Origin: a virus | DNA length: 64,000 nucleotides | Strand: one strand, 5' to 3' | IMG/VR virus record: IMGVR_UViG_3300031997_000620 | Coordinates: 19,234 to 83,233 of that record | Shown: positions 18,634-29,193 of the stretch, piece by piece | How the letters are laid out: each line of letters opens with the position of its first letter | How positions within the stretch are numbered: position 1 is the first letter of the stretch | The notes under the pieces: model-generated | Databases searched by the model: none | Told to the model about the DNA's origin: nothing | What the model saw: only the letters and a program-made list of their open reading frames with translations | Program-made: the position numbers and the translations under genes

Positions 18634-19523
18634 ACCTACTCAAGTTTAACTATAAGGATCAAGTAGTTCAAAGCTATGCCCAGTCTGTAGTGCGGGAAAT
18701 CAAAGCTCTCGGGCACGACGTTACTGAGATTGGCCCCGGAACAGAGTGGCAGCATGACTTTGACTTTACTAGCTTCGATTTAGTAGTAGATCTTGATTGC
18801 GGGCGGAACCCCAACACAGGAGATCTAAATTTTCGATTCCACAATAACCCTAGCCCGATTCCTTCTGTAGTTTGGTTCATTGATTCACATGGAAACCCCA
18901 CACTACACCACAGACTGGCTAGGAATTATGACCATGTGTTCTTTGCCGTTTGGGCCAAGAGAGACTTGTTTGCCTCTCACAAATCGGCTCATTGGTGTCC
19001 TAACGCTACGGACTCCGAGTGGTTTAACAGCTCATTCCAGTCCACCCATCCTTCTTATGACTTTGGGTTCTTTGGATCTAAAATGGGTCTAATTCGGGCA
19101 GATCCTATGAAGGACATCTGTGCCCGCCATGAGTGGCCTTGTGATGTTCGCCAAATTTCTACAGTCAACAAGCATCGATGGCCCTATACGGCCCAGGCTA
19201 TGGGCAATTGCAAGGCGCTGTTCAACCACGGCCAGAAACATGATGGCCCTAATCTTAGGGTTGTTGAGTCGATGGCAATGGGCCTACCGTTGATTAGCGA
19301 TCAAGATCCGCGTTCAGGGATGGACGAGTTGTTTACTCCTTGGGAGCACTACTACCCTTATGACTTTAGCACCTACGAAGGTTTAGAGCATATCATGAAA
19401 CTGGTTAAGATAGACTATCAAAAAGCTCTTAATGTTGGGGAGACAGCAATGCAGGAAGTTCATGCAAAGCACCTGATTAAACATCGGGTGCAACAGATGT
19501 TGGAGGTGGCTTTTGCAAAGTAA
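18603..19523 (+). CDS. CgeB-like GT-B glycosyltransferase
   Basis: WFIDSH, W.PNATD, YDFGFFGS, NLRVVESMAMG, H..KHRVQQML. Confidence 0.8.
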   Translation: MAVSSRNIVVNLLKFNYKDQVVQSYAQSVVREIKALGHDVTEIGPGTEWQHDFDFTSFDLVVDLDCGRNPNTGDLNFRFHNNPSPIPSVVWFIDSHGNPTLHHRLARNYDHVFFAVWAKRDLFASHKSAHWCPNATDSEWFNSSFQSTHPSYDFGFFGSKMGLIRADPMKDICARHEWPCDVRQISTVNKHRWPYTAQAMGNCKALFNHGQKHDGPNLRVVESMAMGLPLISDQDPRSGMDELFTPWEHYYPYDFSTYEGLEHIMKLVKIDYQKALNVGETAMQEVHAKHLIKHRVQQMLEVAFAK

Positions 19524-20265
19524 CAATCTTACAGCCGTTGTTCTAGTAAAGAACGACCAGTTCTTTCTACGGTATGCTTTGGAGTCTACCCGAAAGCTCT
19601 TCAAGAACTATGTCTTTTATGATATAAGTAGCGAAGACAGAACTCGGGATGTCATTGCCTCGTTTATCAAAACTCTACCGGATGATGCAAACGTGTCAAT
19701 TCGTTATCTGCCGATGTGCCCCCCGTCAGTGCAAGGGTGCTTCAGAAACTCTATGATTGTAGAAGCCCGCACAAATTGGTATTTCATCCTTGATGGGGAC
19801 GAGGTGTATAATGAAAAAGGAGTTCAAGCCATCGCAGATGGGTTTGAAGTAATGAAAAAAGAGCACACTAAAGATGAAAGAAAAATCTATGGAGTGTTAT
19901 CGAGACTAGAAGTCGGGCAACACCTAATATCAAAATATAACACCATTCGCTCCCATCACAGGGTTTACCATCAAACTGCCTCTTGGGTAGGCAATCATCC
20001 GGGTGAGATTCCGTTTTATGAACAGTGCCCTAAACGCGAATACGAGTTTTCCGAAGACGCTCTATGCTACCACTTTCACAATGCAGATCGATCTCCTCAT
20101 GATTCTGCTGCTTTGAAAAGAGTTGACCGTAGAGCCAGAGGCACCTACCGCCCGGGTGAGTTAGTTCCTTTTGATCTTTTTGAGGCTCTTCCCATCTTAA
20201 AGACAAAGTTCGATGACATACCTGTAAATCCTATTCTGGAAAGGCTACAAAATGGCCTCAGCTAG
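19513..20265 (+). CDS. GT2-like glycosyltransferase
   Basis: VVLVKNDQFFL, D.SSEDRT, RN, WYFILDGDEVY. Confidence 0.8.
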   Translation: MQSNNLTAVVLVKNDQFFLRYALESTRKLFKNYVFYDISSEDRTRDVIASFIKTLPDDANVSIRYLPMCPPSVQGCFRNSMIVEARTNWYFILDGDEVYNEKGVQAIADGFEVMKKEHTKDERKIYGVLSRLEVGQHLISKYNTIRSHHRVYHQTASWVGNHPGEIPFYEQCPKREYEFSEDALCYHFHNADRSPHDSAALKRVDRRARGTYRPGELVPFDLFEALPILKTKFDDIPVNPILERLQNGLS

Positions 20266-20313
20266 ACACGGACCGGCTGCTATCAGCAATGCGACTCGAA
20301 AGGACAGGTCAAC

Positions 20314-20514
20314 ATGACTTCAATCAGATGCAAGTGTGGACGGTATTCGAATTATGGTCTTACATGTAGCAATTGCCGTGGCTCATACTTCACTAAGAAG
20401 AGCGAAGAAGTAGAACCTGATTTTGAAATGGTTGAAAAGCCTGAAGGGGAAAAAGAGGATATCTCTTTTGAAGAAGTAGAAGATTTCTTTCAGAGAGATG
20501 ATGAAGATGACTAA
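20314..20514 (+). CDS. Small Zn-ribbon protein with acidic tail
   Basis: CKCG...CSNC and D/E-rich C-terminus; last gene of the + arm. Confidence 0.6.
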   Translation: MTSIRCKCGRYSNYGLTCSNCRGSYFTKKSEEVEPDFEMVEKPEGEKEDISFEEVEDFFQRDDEDD

Positions 20515-20523
20515 GGCATTTTT

Positions 20524-23500
20524 CTACTTGTATAGGTGCTTTGTTTTCTTTTCATTCGCAGCGCGAATGCGACGTTCTTTGTCGATTGCAGACATGATGT
20601 CACGGCGCGACCCAGATCTCATCTCTGTTGCATGCTTTGATGCTAGGTTGAATCGGGCCTGTAATTCTTCCGCACTCATGCCTCTAAGCCCAGGGTGGTT
20701 CCCGAAGCTTTTCAAGTATCTTCCCATCCATTCGGAAAACTTTGCTTGAGCAACGCCAGGATCAGCAGCGTACTGCCGTGTGAAGGTTGAGAAAGCTTTC
20801 TCGGTTAGTTGAGTTACGGTATCCCAATCATTGTTTTGAGCAAAATAGCTGATCTGCTTGCCGTAGTAACCTCTAACTTTGCTGAGAGCTTCTTCTTGGC
20901 GACCCTCGTTCATGAGTCTAGTTTCAGGGCGAACTGCATAGCTCTGCCACAAACCATTGGTATTGTTCATTAGGAAGTCAAAGTTCATGTTGCCCGGCTC
21001 GCCTGTCTGGGTGTCTACCGCCATGCCAGTATCACTTAGGAACCGTGAAGCATTGGTAACGTCCCCCGGAATACCTTGTCCACCGACTAGCATTTGAGTA
21101 ATCGGCTGATCCGGAGTCGTTACCTTAAAGCCATACTTTTGCATAAACGGTGGCATAAACATCCCAATTGTTCCAGCAAACATCTTGCCCAGAAGGTCTC
21201 CAGTGCCTTCGTTTGGAATCTCCTGACCGAAAGCCGTCCTGCCGCCCATAATTTCGATTGCGGGTCGCAAGATTGCTAGAGGCTCAACTGGGAGTTGTGC
21301 CATCGTCCCAGGAAGATCCCAAACATACTCCGGAGAGTTGCTTGCCGGGGTCATGGCTGACCAAGGTAGCCATCGCATAATGGCCCCTCTAACCTGATCT
21401 CCACTTTCTCGATCTTCCTTTAGAGCGTCACCCATGAATCCAACAGCTCCACCCACAATACCGCCTAGCAAAGCGCCAGGAGAGCCCCCTGCAATGGCTC
21501 CGACCCCAGCCCCCACCCCAGCCCCTACCGAGGCAGGAACGGGCAAGGCAGCGCCAGCAGCGGCTCCGAGGAGCCCTCCTCCGACGCCTCCAAGGGCTGT
21601 TCCAACGGCTCCACCAGCAGCCGCCATACCAGCACGAGCACCCATCTCACTACCTTGTGCATTAGTCGTAACGGTTGTTGCAGTCTGTGCCCAAGTCGGA
21701 AGCGCCCGAGCCTGCTCTTTTGCTTCATCATATGTTGAGGGGCCAAGGCCGGTAGCCGCAAACCCTGCCTGTATGATCCCCGGAGCATGGAGCCAGGGCA
21801 GGACAGCCAAGGGGTGGTCATTAATGTTGTTTTTCATAATCCGAGTAGCTTCTGCCGGGAAGGTGGCCCAGGGGAAGTAGACCTTTCGGCCAGCCTGGAT
21901 GGATGATCCGACGGTAGAGTATACCGGAAGTCTACGTCCAACTTCAAGAACTGCCCATTCTTTGCTCATACCCTGTGCCCGCAGGTCGAGATAGTAGGCA
22001 AGCTTGGGAACTACGTCTTCTCCCAGGTAGGCTTTCGTCATGTAATCGAAAGTTTTCTGGGTGAACTTGTTCATGTTTTTCATCTTTAGCATGCCTTCGG
22101 CCACGGCCGCCGCCGCGGAGCCCTTTTTTGCTCTATCAAGGAAGGACTGGACAACGGCTAGACCTTCGGCATGTAGGAATGCGGATTCTTCTCCGATTAC
22201 GTCCTTAACCATCGGGTCAAGGAACTCATCGTTTAGATCAAACGTCTTTCCTCTTACCTTGATTCGCCCTAGGTCTACCCCCTTGAGTCTCCGAGTAACC
22301 GGATCGAAAAGAGTCTCCGCTTTCTTGCCTGCGGCAACAAGCCCGTCATGTGCGTTAGCCCATTTAATGAATGCCCCGGTAACCCCGTGCATGGTTTCCA
22401 AGTTCCTCGGGGCCATCGGATTGTATCCGGCCATCCCAAGGAAAGCGAAGTTACCAAACAGGTTATTCAAATGGGTAGGGATGTTGAATACTGTCTTTGC
22501 AGTCTTGTGAATAACCGTAAGCAACTGCACTAGGCTGCCAACATTCTGGGTCTGCTCGAAAAGCCCACCCTGACCGAACATGGCCTCGTAATGTGCCTTA
22601 TGAATGAACGGGAGCTGTTCACCATCACCGATAGTGTGCCCTGCGGTTTTTAGCATTCTTCGCATCGTTGATTCTACTTCAGGCACCCCATTGCGAAGTT
22701 TGCTAAGGCTAACCCAGCCTTTCTCTTCAGCTTTTGCGGCACTACCGAAAGCAGTAACTACGTCCGCTTCAGACTTGCCAAACTTCATAGCATGATCGCG
22801 GATGAATTTGAAGTTGTTCAACAGCAGTCGGTCGGTTACATACCCGCCAAACGTAAGCTTTTCCGGCGCAGTCAGAAGCTCGCCTTTGAACAGGCGATCT
22901 GCTACATCACCGATTTCTGAAGCACGATGCCGAATTTGGGGGGCGTCTAGCCTAGGGAAGTTAAATGCTTTGAAAACACGCTGAGCAGGCTCGCCAGCAA
23001 CCCTCTTAACCGCGCCCCCTGTAATCGGGATAGCAATTGATCTAGTGGAAGCCAGGTCTACAGGAGTTTTCGTACCAAAAGCCGGAAGGTGGATTTCCCC
23101 AATACGATCACGCATCTCCTGAGTTACGAACCCTTCTCTAAGAGCCTCATCTTGGTGGGTCTTCATGGCATCATACATACCATCTGCCCAAGTCTGTTCT
23201 GCGGGGGTAAGCTTAAGCGCATTCTTTGCAGAAACCAACTCATGAGCGGCCATGCCAGGATTAGCACGCATAATCACTGCATCCAGATCAATTGCTTTAC
23301 TGGATTTCATCATCAAATTAGCATAGATTGCAGTCCCGCGAGCGTCCTCCGGAATGTCTACGAAGAAACGACCTAGCTTTTCATTCTTCCACAGTTTGTC
23401 TAGGTTATCGACAAACTCCTTCTTCACTGCCCCGTTTTTAGAGATACTGTCGATTTGCTCGAAGTAACTATTGGTAAACCGCTTATCAAACTGCCACTTC

Positions 23501-24378
23501 AGTTTGTCAACGTGCCCCATTATTGCACCGCTCGGAAGGGGCATGCCTACTTCAAGGTTGCCTTCCATCTCAGCGATTTTTTTAGCTTCGAAATCAAGGT
23601 GCTTCGAGCGAGCATAGTCATTTGTTCTAACCATGCGAAGGAAAGTGTCTGAAACCTCTGCTTCAGGGGTTGCAGCATCAATGGCCCCAAGCTTCTTCCA
23701 TTTCATAATTTCTTCAGCACGGGGACCAAACTTACCTAGCATAGAGCCTGCCCTACCAAACTTGACGCTAGTTTGGACAGCCTTCATAGCCGGGAAAGCA
23801 ATCGTCCCAACGAGGGAGGCCGTTGCTAGGAGATTTACCCATACAGGCTCTTCTGCCCACTGCTTTCTAGCAATCTCCCAATCCCAAGCAAGCCCGTTAT
23901 TGTCAAGCTTTGCGCCAACAATTGCCATCTCATCCCCAACTAGGAAATTGACAATATCGGTGATTCCCGTCTCGTTACGCAACTTCGGAGCTTCCAAAAG
24001 CTTGAAAGCGGGGTCCATAAGAGCTTCGCGATCGGCTGATAGAGAGCCAGGGCTGGGGTCTGTGCGCAGCAAAGAGTGAGCCGCTTTCAGGTCTTCTACC
24101 GGAGCACCCGCTGCTTCCATCATACGAATGACACTAGCTTCTTCCTCCGGAGTTCCTGTTTCTTCCGGGGTTAGAAGACTCGGCTTCTTCTGCGCGTCTT
24201 TAATTGATTGAACTCTCCCAAGCTTTCTTTCAAGCCCGGCGACGCCCCTCTGAACGGCTCCAGGGGTTTCTTGTGAGGCAGCTTCTTCTTCCGCAGGCTG
24301 ACTTAGCAGTCCGCTAGGAGAAGTCTGAGTGTCCTCTTCTTCGGCAAAGTTAGCAATCGGGTCAGATAGTTTTGACAT
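20524..24378 (-). CDS. Large internal virion (ejection) protein
   Basis: 1284 aa, helical, glycine-zipper hydrophobic segments, last of three ejection-type genes downstream of tail genes. Confidence 0.65.
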   Translation of the reverse strand: MSKLSDPIANFAEEEDTQTSPSGLLSQPAEEEAASQETPGAVQRGVAGLERKLGRVQSIKDAQKKPSLLTPEETGTPEEEASVIRMMEAAGAPVEDLKAAHSLLRTDPSPGSLSADREALMDPAFKLLEAPKLRNETGITDIVNFLVGDEMAIVGAKLDNNGLAWDWEIARKQWAEEPVWVNLLATASLVGTIAFPAMKAVQTSVKFGRAGSMLGKFGPRAEEIMKWKKLGAIDAATPEAEVSDTFLRMVRTNDYARSKHLDFEAKKIAEMEGNLEVGMPLPSGAIMGHVDKLKWQFDKRFTNSYFEQIDSISKNGAVKKEFVDNLDKLWKNEKLGRFFVDIPEDARGTAIYANLMMKSSKAIDLDAVIMRANPGMAAHELVSAKNALKLTPAEQTWADGMYDAMKTHQDEALREGFVTQEMRDRIGEIHLPAFGTKTPVDLASTRSIAIPITGGAVKRVAGEPAQRVFKAFNFPRLDAPQIRHRASEIGDVADRLFKGELLTAPEKLTFGGYVTDRLLLNNFKFIRDHAMKFGKSEADVVTAFGSAAKAEEKGWVSLSKLRNGVPEVESTMRRMLKTAGHTIGDGEQLPFIHKAHYEAMFGQGGLFEQTQNVGSLVQLLTVIHKTAKTVFNIPTHLNNLFGNFAFLGMAGYNPMAPRNLETMHGVTGAFIKWANAHDGLVAAGKKAETLFDPVTRRLKGVDLGRIKVRGKTFDLNDEFLDPMVKDVIGEESAFLHAEGLAVVQSFLDRAKKGSAAAAVAEGMLKMKNMNKFTQKTFDYMTKAYLGEDVVPKLAYYLDLRAQGMSKEWAVLEVGRRLPVYSTVGSSIQAGRKVYFPWATFPAEATRIMKNNINDHPLAVLPWLHAPGIIQAGFAATGLGPSTYDEAKEQARALPTWAQTATTVTTNAQGSEMGARAGMAAAGGAVGTALGGVGGGLLGAAAGAALPVPASVGAGVGAGVGAIAGGSPGALLGGIVGGAVGFMGDALKEDRESGDQVRGAIMRWLPWSAMTPASNSPEYVWDLPGTMAQLPVEPLAILRPAIEIMGGRTAFGQEIPNEGTGDLLGKMFAGTIGMFMPPFMQKYGFKVTTPDQPITQMLVGGQGIPGDVTNASRFLSDTGMAVDTQTGEPGNMNFDFLMNNTNGLWQSYAVRPETRLMNEGRQEEALSKVRGYYGKQISYFAQNNDWDTVTQLTEKAFSTFTRQYAADPGVAQAKFSEWMGRYLKSFGNHPGLRGMSAEELQARFNLASKHATEMRSGSRRDIMSAIDKERRIRAANEKKTKHLYK

Positions 24379-24381
24379 TAC

Positions 24382-25815
24382 TTATTTTCCTAGGAGTGAT
24401 TTAACCGTATCGTACCCAATGTCTTGAACTGACATATTCGCCCGCTTTACTCTTCCAAGGATGCCCGTGCCCCCACCATACTCATCAGCCAAGTAATCAC
24501 TACGGCCCCAGTTATCATTAAAGTAATCCATCATCTCTTTTGAAAGACGACTCTTGGTTTCCGCATTACCCTTGAAGTCAGCAACCATATCATTGACTTC
24601 CCCATCAATTTCCTCTTTGATCTTTGCCTTTAGTTCGCGGATCGTCTTAAAGGTGCCCGTCCGTGCAAGTTCTTCGGCTTTCCGAATGATAAGCCCCTCA
24701 CCTAGTCCGGTCACATTGTTTTCTTTATCACCTTCAACGAGAGTCTTAAGTTCGGTTTTGGAATACTGCTTCGCAATAGACTGTGAAGTTGTAGGAGTTT
24801 CTTCTCCAAGTAGGCCGGAAGAAACTCTGGTATTGTGCGTCAGGACCGCAGCATACGCATCAGCAGGAAGGATATCCTGCAAGGCTGCTGCCACTGCTTC
24901 TTTGCGAATCGTCGGAGCGGCCATTCTGACCTTATTATCAATAGCCTCTGTGTCCCCCTTTAGGGAAGGATCTTGCTGGACAAGTCTTTCCCTCAATCGT
25001 GCTTCCGCAGATTGTGCGTAGGGCAGGAGCATCTTCTGGCCTTCGGGGTCTACAAGAAGCCAGTTATTCAACTTACCAGCAGGGACATTTGCCAGGTTGT
25101 TTCCTATTTCGCCTTCTTGTTCTTTTCCAGCTCTCGCTTTTAGAAGACTAGCATTAGCTTGAGATTCACCAATCTGGGCCTGCTTAGCCTGAATGTTAAC
25201 TTGTTTTTCCTGCTTACCAAGTTCTAGCATATCAGGGCTAGACTCATACTGTGCCTTCTGGAGAGTTAGATGCGATTGAGCATCTCCGAGCACGTCTTTG
25301 TAACTGCCAAGCATGCTAGACATCCATTGGGCTCTTTGCTGCATGAGCTTGTTTGACATGTCCCCGATTAGGGGGTTATTGCCAAACTTCGCAGCGTTTT
25401 GCATAAACTGAACGTCAAGCTGCTGAACCTTAGACATAAGATCTTGAATCCCCTGATTGCGGGCTTGCATGCCTGTCTCACTAAAGTCCGAACCAAGGGT
25501 GGCTTCCCCTTCTTGGTGTTGTGCCATAAGTTGCTGTGCGGCGGTTTGGTATTGTTGTCCGTAGGTCTGTTGGAAATTTTCATACTCCGACTTCCAAAAT
25601 CGCTGGTGCATAAGATCTGTGGTAGCCGCAGTCATGTCCACAATTGCCTGACCCATAGCAGGGCTATCAAAGTTTTCTGCTACGAATTCACCAAGGATGC
25701 TTGCCCCTGACTTCATCATCGCACTGCCGAAGTCTCGCCGCGCGTTGCCAAATCCGGGGGTTCCCCCTTCTACCTGAGGGGGGTTGTTAATCGGAGTAGG
25801 AGCTTCTTGTGCCAT
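24382..25815 (-). CDS. Internal virion (ejection) protein
   Basis: 477 aa Gln/Ala-rich helical; position typical of podovirus ejectosome genes. Confidence 0.55.
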   Translation of the reverse strand: MAQEAPTPINNPPQVEGGTPGFGNARRDFGSAMMKSGASILGEFVAENFDSPAMGQAIVDMTAATTDLMHQRFWKSEYENFQQTYGQQYQTAAQQLMAQHQEGEATLGSDFSETGMQARNQGIQDLMSKVQQLDVQFMQNAAKFGNNPLIGDMSNKLMQQRAQWMSSMLGSYKDVLGDAQSHLTLQKAQYESSPDMLELGKQEKQVNIQAKQAQIGESQANASLLKARAGKEQEGEIGNNLANVPAGKLNNWLLVDPEGQKMLLPYAQSAEARLRERLVQQDPSLKGDTEAIDNKVRMAAPTIRKEAVAAALQDILPADAYAAVLTHNTRVSSGLLGEETPTTSQSIAKQYSKTELKTLVEGDKENNVTGLGEGLIIRKAEELARTGTFKTIRELKAKIKEEIDGEVNDMVADFKGNAETKSRLSKEMMDYFNDNWGRSDYLADEYGGGTGILGRVKRANMSVQDIGYDTVKSLLGK

Positions 25816-26997
25816 TTATGCACCACCCGCGTTAAACTTCAGACCGCCACTAGAGTTAAAGTAGTTTGAACCTACAGAGGGGTTGCCCGGAGTACCCGGA
25901 ACATCACTATAGTTAACGGGGGCTGAACCACCTCCAGCGGGGTTTTGGGATAGAAGACTGTTAGCTCCTTGAGATTCTTGTGAGGGGCCACCATATCCCA
26001 TCATATTTTTACCTGCATCCATCAAACCCCCCCCTGCTCCACCCGTGTATGCTGAGAGCGCACCACCAGCAACCATCATGACGCCCCCGACAATCATTTC
26101 CCAAAGGGCTTTCTTCTTGTTATCCATTGTGATCTTGTATGACTGCATTTGATAGTTAACTGCATGGGGAATAGTAGTTTCCACCATAAATTGACTTGCG
26201 GAATTCATTGCAGACGTATATTGCGCAACTCCTAGCCCATTTGTAAAAGCCTGTGCAGCATTAACGGTAGTTCTCTGGTAGTCACGAATCCACGATTCGA
26301 ATTGTAGATTTGCCTGCCACATTTGCTGGCCGACTTGGCGGTTCGTCATTTCGATTGCTGTCATATTCTGGGCATCAGCCATTGCTGCCCTCCGAGCGGT
26401 GCCACCTTTTGCCATTCCGTTTTTAATCATTCTTTGTGATTCCCGAAGAGTCTCCGCACCTGACTCAATAATGGGGTTCTTAATGGACTGCTCCATCGAT
26501 TGACGGAAGGGGCTCGTGGGGTCTGTAAGCCCTTGCGCCTCTGCTACTTGCCGAGAAATGATCTGAGCTACGGGCATCTGGGAAACTACTTGAGCAAACT
26601 TTTCCGGATTTAGGAAGGATGAGGTAGACTGCTGTCCCTCTCCCATAACATTTGCGCCTTTGGGGCCTGCGGACTGGTCCGAATATGCTCCGGTTTTAGT
26701 ATCAAACATGCTCCCAGCTTTGTAGTTTAAGCCCCCTCCCAACAGGCCGCTAGCACCAGCAGAAGTGCCTCCTGCCCCATAAGCTGATGTTACTCCACCA
26801 TACCCAGGCTGTGCAGCCCCACCTACCGGAGAAGAGTATGTTCCCGGTTGACCGAGCATCCCCAGAACTGCCGTGTTGGATTCGAAGGCATTTTGATTCC
26901 GGGTGAACATGTCTTGAGTTGATTCAAAGGACTTTTGCTTTGCATACTCCATCATCCCCTTGGCTTGGGATATCGCTTTCTTAGAAGATTTACCCAT
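25816..26997 (-). CDS. Internal virion / pilot protein
   Basis: MGKSSK start, Gly/Ser/Gln-rich, C-terminal hydrophobic IVGGVMMVAGGALSAYTGGAG. Confidence 0.6.
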   Translation of the reverse strand: MGKSSKKAISQAKGMMEYAKQKSFESTQDMFTRNQNAFESNTAVLGMLGQPGTYSSPVGGAAQPGYGGVTSAYGAGGTSAGASGLLGGGLNYKAGSMFDTKTGAYSDQSAGPKGANVMGEGQQSTSSFLNPEKFAQVVSQMPVAQIISRQVAEAQGLTDPTSPFRQSMEQSIKNPIIESGAETLRESQRMIKNGMAKGGTARRAAMADAQNMTAIEMTNRQVGQQMWQANLQFESWIRDYQRTTVNAAQAFTNGLGVAQYTSAMNSASQFMVETTIPHAVNYQMQSYKITMDNKKKALWEMIVGGVMMVAGGALSAYTGGAGGGLMDAGKNMMGYGGPSQESQGANSLLSQNPAGGGSAPVNYSDVPGTPGNPSVGSNYFNSSGGLKFNAGGA

Positions 26998-27025
26998 ATT
27001 TCGAATACTCCATGAAGATAGGCTA

Positions 27026-27043
27026 GTCCTATTAAATTATCAC
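27026..27043 (-). promoter_or_regulatory. Putative late promoter motif GTGATAATTTAATAGGAC
   Basis: One of 7 intergenic copies of GATAATTWAATAG(G/A) on the - strand. Confidence 0.7.
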
Positions 27044-27066
27044 CTTTTTGAGACTAATAAACATTC

Positions 27067-29193
27067 CTAGAACGGCGTGCTATCTGATCCTGCCCCTGCA
27101 CTGGTCCCAGCAGGGTCCGTAGGACGATCATCTTTCAGCGATAGTGTTAATTGCGCCAAAGTTTTTGATGAATTTTCAGTTAAACTAATAGGATACCCTC
27201 CTCCCAGGTCAGTACAAATATCTCCTTTATCAATAGGAGAAGGGTTTTGTCCAAAGACCCACCAATGAGCTAAACTCGCACCTTCAGTATAATCCCCACT
27301 AGATGTTCTTAAATCTTGCCCAGGAGTTTGGGATAAGTGTAGAATAGCTGCATCACTTAAAACTCCATCCCACATGGCCGTCCAATACATTCTCATATTT
27401 TTAATAACTGAGTGTCCTAATCCATCACTATAGTCTGTTACATATCCAGTTGCAGCGGATATTGTTGTTGCTAAAGAATCAACAATCATATTGTCACTTG
27501 TGAACCCCGTCCCATACCCCGAAGGGACAACATTTCCATCTAAATATCCTAAATACTTACCTTTAGCCGCAGCCGGAACTGATGCACTCGGACCCATTTG
27601 CCTTGGAGTTAGGCGTTGTCCATTCCAAAAACCAGAACATTTATTCACTAACCCCTGAGCGAGTGGAGTAGTAGAAAACCAAGTCCATTGAGGCTGATCT
27701 TCAAGGTCAGAGTCATAAGTTGCCACAATAAAAATCCACTTTCCACTAGCTTTTACATACAAGTCATCCTCAACTTCATTAGGCTGTCTATCTTGGAGCC
27801 AGCCATCTTTAAATGCACAGCTAAAAAGTTTTCTTGCAGAATCAGGTTTTCCACCTCCGGATGGAGATATAGATCCTCCAACCATTGATATTTCTAGATT
27901 TTGTATACACCTACCATATGCAGGAATCCAAGTCGGATAAACTCCTTCTCCATATGTAAACCCTCCTCCTAAGGTATTTAGAGATATTAGAAAAGAACCT
28001 CTAGTTGCCTCTCCTAAAACTTTTGGCCCTCCAATGGGGTCACTAATAATTCCATAATATCCTAATCCTGACATTAAAAATGAAAAATTCCACGTTCCAG
28101 ATTGATTAACAGGTATCCCAGCATAGATATTGCTAGTAGGTATTTTGATCCATGTCCCTATTGTAAAAGAACTTCCTGTACCAAGATCTATGCCTCGATT
28201 TGGAGCTGACCCTCCCGGCCCACTGTTAACATTTAAACCTGAGGTTGTTCCTAAATCAATTGAGTTTCCAGAAATAAAAGCTTCCTCACGGACAGTCGTA
28301 AGCGCAGCAGGAATCGACAATAGTGATAGATTAGTTTCCCCTGTGTCATCTTGAGAGTTTGTTATTGCCATGTAGAATTTCGGAACTGTCCCCGCGATTC
28401 CAGGCAAAGCTTCCACATAGAAAGGTTTAAACATCCAAGACAGAGGAGTCATTAACATTCCGCTTCTGGTGCCACCCGTGGGGGTTCGGTCTTCTCCAAT
28501 AATTCCCGCATCATCTAGGTTTGAAAATAATGCTGTTTCTCGAAAACCAATAATTCTGCTCCACAGAGGGTACCACCCATTAATACGAAGATCCATGACA
28601 GGAACAGAATTTTGAAACGCATCAGTGAAGTTTCCTAAGTTTATCGAGCCCCATGCAAAGACCTTATAGTGTGCGGGAGTAGCAATATCCTCAATGACAA
28701 GGTTTGATTTTTGGGTGGGGCCAACACCCGTGCCTTCCAGAAACATGACATCATCTAGAAGGGTGAAATCAAGAACCGTCGAACTATAAGGAGAGGCGTA
28801 ACCTTGTCGAGATACAGACCGGATTTTAACTCTAAATCTACCTGTCCCTCCGATATAGATTCTGTTTGTGAAACAGAATTTAACATCAGTCAAGTTTGTA
28901 TCCTTATTCTTTACCTCTGCTTCATACATTTGCAAAACAGGGCTGTCTACCGGGTGCCATTCTATCTTTGCACTCTTGGGGCCGACCTTCACTGTTAGCC
29001 CTGTAGGCGGGGGCAGGATGGGAGAACGAATTAGAATTCTTCTACCAAGCACGCCAGGATTTGTAGGGGCTCTATTGTTAATAGCTCCGTCGGACAATTC
29101 TCCAATACGGCGGAGAAGATCTTTCTCAATGGGCATAAGCCCACGCATTTTACTAATGCGCTCAGTAAATCTGCTTTTCCTAGGGATGCCCAC
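27067..29193 (-). CDS. Tail fibre/receptor-binding protein with FN3 and LamG/ConA-like domains
   Basis: PPPTGLTV..IEW...YE...RVKIRSV...SPYS (FN3); SFTIGTWIK, KWIFIVATYD, MWDGVLSDA.I (LamG-like). Confidence 0.7.
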   Translation of the reverse strand: MGIPRKSRFTERISKMRGLMPIEKDLLRRIGELSDGAINNRAPTNPGVLGRRILIRSPILPPPTGLTVKVGPKSAKIEWHPVDSPVLQMYEAEVKNKDTNLTDVKFCFTNRIYIGGTGRFRVKIRSVSRQGYASPYSSTVLDFTLLDDVMFLEGTGVGPTQKSNLVIEDIATPAHYKVFAWGSINLGNFTDAFQNSVPVMDLRINGWYPLWSRIIGFRETALFSNLDDAGIIGEDRTPTGGTRSGMLMTPLSWMFKPFYVEALPGIAGTVPKFYMAITNSQDDTGETNLSLLSIPAALTTVREEAFISGNSIDLGTTSGLNVNSGPGGSAPNRGIDLGTGSSFTIGTWIKIPTSNIYAGIPVNQSGTWNFSFLMSGLGYYGIISDPIGGPKVLGEATRGSFLISLNTLGGGFTYGEGVYPTWIPAYGRCIQNLEISMVGGSISPSGGGKPDSARKLFSCAFKDGWLQDRQPNEVEDDLYVKASGKWIFIVATYDSDLEDQPQWTWFSTTPLAQGLVNKCSGFWNGQRLTPRQMGPSASVPAAAKGKYLGYLDGNVVPSGYGTGFTSDNMIVDSLATTISAATGYVTDYSDGLGHSVIKNMRMYWTAMWDGVLSDAAILHLSQTPGQDLRTSSGDYTEGASLAHWWVFGQNPSPIDKGDICTDLGGGYPISLTENSSKTLAQLTLSLKDDRPTDPAGTSAGAGSDSTPF

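Noticed and set aside
21434-21880. Pro/Ala-rich + strand ORF and the many other antisense ORFs in the track
   Set aside because: Shadows of real genes on the opposite strand (here the glycine zipper of the ejection protein); no RBS or recognisable motifs
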